From Octopus sinensis (lineage: Eukaryota), in contig NC_042998.1 of the NCBI RefSeq assembly GCF_006345805.1, forward strand, positions 66,092,001 through 66,156,000: 64,000 bases of DNA, in the 5' to 3' direction. This document shows positions 55,054 through 64,000 of the stretch, piece by piece. A program made the translations under genes and the position numbers. Positions within the stretch are counted from its first letter, which is position 1, and each line of letters starts with the position of its first letter. Under the pieces are notes generated by a model. The model was not told the origin of the DNA and did not search any database. It saw only the letters and a list, made by a program, of their open reading frames with translations.

Positions 55054-56555
55054 ACCATTACAATTGTTTCATTTGTTAATAAGAATTACAGAATTGCACA
55101 TGCGGGAAAATCCTGTAAAACATTACCTATTTGCGATTCAATTCAGACAGGGAATCAAATATCATAATATTAAATATGAGCATTATTTGGTTATCTATCT
55201 GAAGAATTTCTAATTGGGATGTTTTACATAGTTTTTCTACATGAACAATTTTGTGTAATGCCAAATAAATAATACCAAAACTTATTCCATGGCTCTCTTT
55301 GATATATATTTATATATACGTTAAAAGAGTCAGAACAATTTGCAGACTTTCGAGAGAAATTCTTGTTTGGAAGCAGTTCTTAAAATACATATAAGCTAGA
55401 TGTTACAGCATGTAAATATTATGTTGTGAAACTCTTTTTGATCGAAAGAGTTGAAGACCTCATGAGGGGTCTCGAAACAACATCTCGTGCAAACGTTGCC
55501 CCGAGGAGCCTTGTTTCATTTGAGTTCTGATATTATAATTCACAGAATATCACCCTTCCCTTTGTCTACAGTTTTATATTGCATAATTTTGCACTAACCT
55601 AGTGTTATGAATATTCAATTGCCTGTTATGATTATAACGAAGTTTTTTAAGACTCAATCCCATGTAAGAGGATGGTTCAGGTAACTGTTTTCTACGAATA
55701 TTCCTACTTTCGAAAATCCATGGGGGATTTCAAAGACTCTCATAGGGTTTGCCAAATTTCTGATTCCCATTCCTTTCGTTACATTTACTTCAATCATTTC
55801 ACGAACTGACATAATTTGTCATAGTTGATCTGTGATAAATTAACAGACGAATGCCTTTCGAGCTTTACCTTCAACATGAACTCTTGGTATAACCTCTGGA
55901 GTATTATCAGTATGCGATTGACACAGTTGGATATGGACAAACACCATTATTATATGAAGACAAATTAAATGATAAACTAAACTAAGTGAGCAGAAACACA
56001 CGTGAGAGATATTGCAAGAAGTCGAAAAGAGTGGAGACGCTGATGTTATATAAAACTAACAAATATTGAGGCAAAATAGTTGAACATAAATAGAAATCAA
56101 AGCCTCAAAAATGATGATTCTTCCGCAAACATTTATTTCCATCATTTATTTCCACAAATTAATTGCTGGTTTATCTCATCATCGTCGTGTGCGACGTGCT
56201 AAAATCTAATATACATGTAGCATGTACTATCTTTGATGGTTACTTGATGATCTGAGGACATAAGTTTGTTGTACTGAAGTAGAATAAATTAATTTTCGTA
56301 TAATTTTATTACAAATATCAAATAAGAGTGCATTACGTAGATAATCAATTCTGCAACTTCCTCTTTTCACTAGCGTTGTGTATATTTTTTAGAGACATGA
56401 TGTTTATTTCCAGTCCAACTTTTTATGCTTTATGAGTGCTGTCCCTTTTCATGACATTTTAATCATAAGAGGGTTTTCTTTTCTCCACTGTGTATGCCTC
56501 TTAGCAGTTGAATGTGACAAACATATTTCAAATAACCTACACACACACACACACC

Positions 56556-56594
<39 letters not shown>

Positions 56595-58421
56595 CAAAAG
56601 GATGTGTTATAACAATAATACTACTCCACATATACAACAACAGCCATAGCAACAATGCAACATGCTTCCATTATCAACTGCTACACGAATATCATTATGG
56701 ATTCGACACCTGAGCAGCAGCATTCAATCCGACGGTGTCAACACCACTAAAATAAGCGGAGCAGGAGTACACACGAGGAAGGACGGTGTTGCTGAGGATC
56801 GCCTGGTGTGGCGAAATCTCTCCGGAAAATGGACGAGTTAAAATAAGAACAGTAACAAACGAACGAAGAGCGAATATATAGTGCGTGTGAATATTTGTCT
56901 AAAAAATTACTATCCTCAAATACAACAATATGTTTCAACACACGGTTTCACATCTGGAATCTTGCAACACAAACATATAAACGTTTATGTATGTATGAAT
57001 GTATGTATATGCATGCATGCATGTATGTATGTATATATATATGTGTGCATATGTGATTAAATGGGTTTATTGGGAATTGTATTTTTTCGTTAAAAAAATG
57101 AAATATTCATCATCTACCAATTCTAAGTTGTTCATTATTTACCACAAACTCTGAAATTGTACTAAATCGTATATCTTTATTTCTTGAAAAGAAATTTATG
57201 ATTGTTATGCGACTCCCAAATATCTCTTAAAATTCTCATTTTATAAGAATGTTACAATCTATCACAATACATAATGGAATTAATCGAGAAATAACTTAAT
57301 TTCAAAATCTTGTTATAGTACATTGTAAACAACATTATAAAGAATAGGAGAAAAGTAAAAAAAATTCTTCCTGATAAATGATGTATGGAAGAATGCAAAA
57401 AAATTGAAGTATGTATTATATAGTGTAGGCACCTAAACAATTAGTAAATGATGATATGGAAGTACTTTTTCCTTTCCGTCTTAATAAAACAATTAAACAT
57501 TACTAAAATTAGTGACGTCTTCCTTAAACTTTCACTGATGTTTTGGTAATTCCAAAGATTAGGTGCATCAATGCTTGGTTCTTTCAAACCACATTTCATG
57601 GGAGAAAGGCTTGAGGGTGTGCTCTCAATTTTATTTTGGTTTTCATATCTTTATGAAGAGCTTTCTATGCATTCACAAACATTTGTGAACGTCTAAATTT
57701 AGGCAACCTGACCCATTATGCATTTCTATAAACAGAATCGAGTGTCTGAGTTTCTGTTCGACAAATGTTTCCTGATGTTATCTGAATGTAAAGCTCTTGT
57801 CATTAGTGCTTCTTTCCACCCCCAGAAGGCATTATATCGGATATGACTGTTTGCGCCATGAATATATTATGTTGCTCCAAAAGGAAACGCTCTAGAAATT
57901 ACTGAAAACAGACAATAGTGAAACACACCTAAAATTATGACATTGTTTCTTCGTATCTGATTTGAAAAGGGAGACCATGATAGCTTCAATCCAGTCTTGC
58001 AGTACCTTATCCACACACCAACAACGTAATATTACCGTGTCAAAGTTTTACCCCTTCTCACCTCCATGTTTGAGAATTTCAGTATTAATCCATTTACGCC
58101 AGATATATTGTTATTTAAGTTTTCTACAATAGAAGCGCGTGCCATTTCTAGTATTTATCTGACTCTATTTCACCTAAAATTGTTTACCTTCCAATTGATT
58201 TCATAAAATTTATGTCGACATTAGTGGTGATGTTATGGATGGATACAATATGAGTGAAGAGTGGCTGGCAGGCTGCAGTTCTCTTACATGTGTTGTCGCA
58301 AATCATGGGTCATACAGGTCTTCAATTTGAGAAGAAAATGAGTTGATATCCACGGCATTCACTGCCCCTTTCGTTTCTTTGAGTTTGACTTTTCACCACT
58401 ACTACTTAATATTCCTCAAAG

Positions 58422-58622
58422 TAAGGCAGCAAACTGGTAGAGACGTTAGCATCCTAGGGAAAATATTTAAGGTCCGAGCTCATATCCCGTCGACATTGAT
58501 TTCCCTTTCATCCTTTCGGGGTCGATTATATAAGTACTCATTGAGCAATAGGATCGATGTAATTGACTTACTCCATCCCCCTAAATTGCTTGCGTTGTAC
58601 CAAAATTTGAAATCGATATTAT
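58422..58622 (+). mobile_element. SINE family 2, degenerate
   Basis: GAGACGTTAGCA..CCTTTCATCCTTTCGGGGTCGAT..GATCGATGTAATTGAC. Confidence 0.8.
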
Positions 58623-59440
58623 AAATGCAGTATTTTAATAGTAGCTTTCAGCTGTTATCATTCATAGATTCCAATGTAATAAGTGATCCTGCTTTATTAA
58701 TCATATTTAATTTTATATAATCACGAAATTCAGAATTACAACAAGAGAGATTTATCTAACTAATTGACGTTATTTCGGCAATATTCCCCTTATAATCATT
58801 TATTAATTTGCAGGCCAATTTATCTCCAAATATGCTTTTAATTGCTGTCTTAAATGCTGCTAAGGTCCCTAGTACTCAAAGATGTAGTAGAAAATATATG
58901 CAACAAAACTTCATCAAGTTAAATATCTGTTAAATATAATTGTAGTGATCTATTCACCGTTTATATCTGAGAGATTCATACAATTTATTTAGTGCGTTCA
59001 TTACATAGTATATTTATATTTTTACTAGTAATACTTAAATATCTTACATAGTATATTTATAGTTAGCTGTTAATAGTTAAATATTCATTGATATTTCAGT
59101 ACATGCTTTTAATATCGCCGTGTTATGTTAAACTTCTTCGTAATTGATATTTAGGGAAAATGTAAATCGCCAATGAACTGGATAATCTATTAATAATGTA
59201 GTTTATTAAGGCCATTAACGAAGTGTACATCCGTTACATGTAAAGTGCATATTCTGAACTACAAATAATTTTTTTTTGTTAATGGGAGACTAATGTAGGA
59301 ATTGAAATTCAATTTGTATTGAAAATTTAATAATTAAATGCATATATTAATGGCAATATCTCAGAGTTTTATCCTCAAATACATACCCATATATATATAT
59401 ATATATATATATATACATGTCAACACAGGCACACATGTGA

Positions 59441-59471
<31 letters not shown>

Positions 59472-59598
59472 TATATACATACATAAGCGTATATATATAT
59501 ATATATATACATACATGTGTGCATGTGTATTTATATACATGTATGCCTAGATATGTGTGTATATATATATGTAAACATATACATATATAAGCATATTC

Positions 59599-59633
<35 letters not shown>

Positions 59634-59854
59634 ATATATACATACTCACATATATATATCGTTTTACATATGTATATGCCTATATGTGTACATGTGGGTG
59701 TGCGCGCGTAATTTCGTATGTGTGTTCGTGGAAACCGAGGTTGTAAATGATTCAGGAAAGGAGAACAAAATATGTTTTTAATTTTCAATTACAGGAACTA
59801 CATATTAAATGATTCAGTGAATAGTTCGGAGTTTAATTATTTGCAATAGCTATG

Positions 59855-59975
59855 GCAGTGAGCTGGCAGAGTCTTCAGGACGCAGGGCAATTGTGTTAGA
59901 GGCATTTCGTTTGTTTTTATGCATTAGTTCAAATTCCACGGAATTCGACTTAACCTTTGGGTGTCGATAGTATAC
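59855..59975 (+). mobile_element. SINE family 2 head fragment
   Basis: GGCAGTGAGCTGGCAGA..TAGTTCAAATTCC. Confidence 0.65.
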
Positions 59976-62474
59976 CTCTTTACTTCAACTTGCTGTTCTT
60001 GCTCCAGACTTTGGAATCAATATATTACATAATTTTTCCAACTATATTAACACAGAATAACCTACAAAATTTCTCGAAATGTATAACGGAAAAGCTTGGA
60101 TATACGACCAACATGTTAGCTTCGTAATCTCATATTATTCACTTCATTTAATAAAGATGGCATTTTAGCAATGTACCATAGCCATGAATTGATACTGTTT
60201 TGCTTCGATTTTTTGTTTGTTTTTGTTTTTGTAATTTTGATGTTGTTGTAGGTTGTTGTGAAGTTTCAGCGACCGAATACTTTGAAATCCCACCAAATAG
60301 TCATTGTGGTTGTAATGATTGTAAACAGCGATGTGCGACAACATCCAAAAACGTTAGAGCTTCATGTAAAAATAAGAGTTACTGCCCTTGACATTTTGCG
60401 TCGTCTCTATTTGCTTTTCTCTCAAAGATGGCGTCTGGTGTTGAAATAACAACGAAGCATTTCCAAGAATTATCAGAGATTGGGAACCAACCGAATCTAC
60501 CGAAAGAATGCATGATATTCAAGATTATATTACTGGCATTTAGAAGTACACAAATAGTTACAATCTGTTTATTATAGAATCGTTTCATCGCTTCAAATTT
60601 CACCGTTCGTTTGGCACTATGAGCTTGCTACAGCTGAGAAGCGTAGTCCAAGTGGCTGGAACCAAAATTCTGGACAAGGACAACATAAAGTCTTGGTTTT
60701 CTGATCTCTTTAGAATCTTCGTATCCATCTTGCCAGTTGTCTTCACTTTCTTGCCATCATGATAATGTGCATATCAAGTGCTGAATCATTATACAGTAGA
60801 TTTTGATCCACAAAACTCTCCATTTGTTTCTCTAACATAGCAGTATATCGTGTTTTATATTTGCAGGCTGCGGGGCATCTTGAGCTAATAGCGCAGTCTT
60901 TGGGATTTTCCAGCATTACACGACATACTGTTTCTCTCAGCTCACTAGTCCCGTTGCAAGCTTACGACATTTTCTGGGTTCTTAATTGTCTGTGATACAT
61001 TTGTATCACCGGAGTAGTTACTAAAAGTCGTTGTCTCATTGACACACAGGTACCTCTTAAGTAGAATTCATTGACACCTGGGCTCGGTAGTGTTAGGCCC
61101 TTGTGTTTCTAAGTTTCAGTTTTTAGCCCTTATAGATTTTTCTTTTTTCTTTTTTTTTTTTGAGTTTCGGGCTCGAAGACATCAATTTTCCTGGCTGTGA
61201 CGCCTATTCTCTCGTCTCTGATGTTCATTACAATTCTCTTTCGACTATTATAATTACATTGCTGTTTTCAGTGCTGTTCTTAGGATGGATGGTGACTGTA
61301 GTCGCTTTCTTGATGTTGTCGGTTTGAACTGTATGGATATCAGAAAATGAGGGTGACACAATTTACTTTTTTTTCATAATGCTGACTAGGAAAACCAGAT
61401 GTAGCTTGGTAAAAGCATACGAACGTATGAACTGCTGTCATTTTCGTTCAGTTTTTGCTATAGATATGTGGAAGCCTCAGAATTTTAGGTCGTTCCGCGG
61501 TGATCCGTCAGCTATGACACCCGTTAAGAAGGAGACAAAATTTCATGATGTGCTGATTTCGATGCATCTATTCTAGTTTGTTTGTCTCAATTCTATTCAA
61601 TAGAAATTGCCGCTATTGTCAAAAATTTGCTGATATTTCGTGATATAAACAGGTATAATATATTACTTCGTAACAAGCGTTAAGCAAGCAAAGATATGGG
61701 CGTTACTGATATAAAGAAGTGTGATATAATATTTCGCAGAAACTGGCTGTCAGATTTAATAACGTAAGATTTAATAAGAGTAACATTTGCAGAGATGGTG
61801 GGATAAAAAATGACACAAGTGAAGAAATTATGTACCAAAATGTTAGAAAAGAGAAAAGGAGAAAGAGTGTGTGTTTATAAAATATATATATATAAATGTA
61901 TATATATATAAGTCAATAAATAGTGGTGTTGTGTTGACCGCACGTGGAGAAAGTTGATAATCCTACTTGAAGAGCACAACATCCACAGAGTTGTCTCCCC
62001 TTACTCACAGGAACTGGATAATTCCTACCCCATTTCTTGTTTTGACATTCATTTAACAAACATCCTAAATTAAACACAACATGGATTTAATAACATGGAT
62101 CATAATCCTCCAAGGTAATTTTTCCAAGAACTATCTTTCAACTAGAGATACAAAATGACTATACAAGGTAACGGTGTACCTATTTTTTTAATTTTTGTAC
62201 ATGTTTATTATTTTTTTGCAAAAAACAATGTAATTTTCTTTTTTCGCGCTCCTCAATTATAAAAAAAATTTCTTTTCACCTTACAATTCTGGAAAAGTGG
62301 CATTGCGACGAAATCCTGTTAGAGTTAATATCTATATTTTTTTTGATTTTTAAAATTTTCCATACAACCATTTTCATTAAAATTTACCTTCAATTTAGCA
62401 TTCTGCGTTTTACAATTCTTCCTTGCCTGTATATATATATAATATATATATATGTATATAAATATACAAATATG

Positions 62475-62617
62475 GGCGTAGGAGTGGTTCTGTGGTTAGT
62501 GGCTTGCTTTCAAACCACATGGTTCCGGGTTTAGTTCTGGGGTGGATTTGTTCGACTAAAGGCGGTGCTCGAGCATGGCCACATCACAAGACTGAAACAA
62601 GTAAAGGATTAAAAGAG
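62475..62617 (+). mobile_element. Internally deleted SINE family 1
   Basis: Head GGCGTAGGAGTGG..ATGGTTCCGGGTTTAGTT fused directly to tail CTGGGGTGGATTTGTTCGACTAAAGGCGGTG. Confidence 0.8.
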
Positions 62618-62665
62618 TATATATATATATGTAAATAAAATATGTGACAATTATTCGGTAACCAT

Positions 62666-62725
62666 GATAAAATTCCGAGTTTCGGATGTCGGGGCGGAAA
62701 CCCACACCGCATCTCTTCAGTTATC
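62666..62725 (-). ncRNA. Degenerate type I hammerhead-like motif
   Basis: gataa-CTGAAGA-gatg...catcc-GAAAC-tcgga-ATT-ttatc on minus; cleavage triplet altered. Confidence 0.5.
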
Positions 62726-64000
62726 GGACTATGAAAATGACTGTTAAAACAAAGGGAAATTACTGTGTGATTGCTCGTTATTAAGACAAAAGAGCCATTA
62801 GAATGACCGCTAAATGAGGGTAGGGAGTAAAGATAAGGGAGTAAAAATGTTCATAGTAATCAGGTAAGCGATCGTGTCCATACATACACATGCGCACCCG
62901 CACACCCACGTACATGCTCCTATATGTGTATACTCATCTACCTTAACTTGTAACATACACATGCTCACTTACATACACGCTCGCACACACACACACAGAC
63001 ACACAACAAAGTTTCATACTCACGTCTATATACGCACATGCACACGAAAAAACAGGGCTAAAGGCAACATATAGAAAAATGTGTAAAAAATAAGCAATAA
63101 GAGTAAAACACGTCTATATAGGCACATTCTCATATCCACGAACACACACTCACGTCTATATACGCACAGGAAAAATGCAGGGTGGAAGGTAGAAAACAGA
63201 AAAATTATGTGTAAAAATATATATGACCAATAAAACTATAAACCATATATATATTGTATAAAAGATCGTGTGTAAGGCCAAAACAACGCGAAGTAAATGC
63301 AGGTGAAATCACAAGAATAACAAATATGTGAATTAAAGTAAACACCTTGTATTCAATATTTCGGGGTTATGAACCCATTTTCAAGAAATTGAAGAATATT
63401 GCCGATGAGCGTGTGTGTGCACATCGGCAACATTCGTCAATTACCCATGATTTTTTATACAATATATTCTACACAATGTTTCACAGTAATTATTCCATTA
63501 TAAGGTATATGTATGTACGTATATATATGTGTATGTATGTATGTATGTATGTATGTATGTATGTACGTATGTATGTATGTATGTATATATGCACACCCAC
63601 TCCAAACACACGCATTTTATAAACTTCCCTTCATGAGGGCCTTCAAGCGTTTCATCGACAATGGATTGTTCATAATTCTTGCCGGCAATAAATGTCCGAA
63701 CATTATGTTAAAATTTGTTGTTACGATACAATTGCTGTGAGTTTCATTTTAAAACTTCGTATTCTGTTTGCAGCATGCCCTGTGTTTCTGTTACCACACA
63801 TATTGCATTTTATTATTAATAAAAATTCTATGCTTAATTATCTACTGTTGTTGAAACGCATTATTTGCATTGACTTACTGCATATAGTAGTTTTCTTGTA
63901 GGCAGTTTTGATTGGCACAGCGTACTTATAATAAAGGTCAGCACAGTAGCTGTCATAGCAAAAGCCTTAGAGACAAGTGACAGAGAAAGAAAATTTAGAA

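Noticed and set aside
60580-61330. Possible decayed LINE endonuclease region on minus
   Set aside because: No diagnostic motif could be read with confidence.

Overview
AT-rich, microsatellite-dense eukaryotic DNA. The SINE, LINE and microsatellite make-up looks like an Octopus genome (inference from repeat sequences I recognise). There is one 100-N gap (34355-34454), and I can support no intact host protein-coding gene; most ORFs in the track are microsatellite translations. Contents: (1) 0.3-17.8 kb, a same-strand nested cluster of degenerate R4/Dong-type (RT + restriction-like endonuclease) non-LTR retrotransposons sitting in (TAA)n tracts, interleaved with four copies of a discrete ~560-bp non-coding module; (2) many tRNA-derived SINEs of at least three families; (3) a decayed RTE-clade LINE at 42.85-45.83 kb; (4) the main finding, several unrelated short repeat families that each carry a minimal type I hammerhead ribozyme (HHR) with a palindromic stem III. 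The best case is a ~535-bp unit repeated four times (two leftward, two rightward) at 38.99-41.10 kb, with a canonical hammerhead core in every unit, i.e. a candidate non-LTR retrozyme / circular-RNA-forming element. A second HHR family (3 copies) and a third HHR whose inverted repeat begins exactly at the predicted cleavage site lie at 45.8-51.0 kb, and variant or degenerate HHR-like motifs are scattered elsewhere. All structures were folded by eye and element boundaries are approximate.
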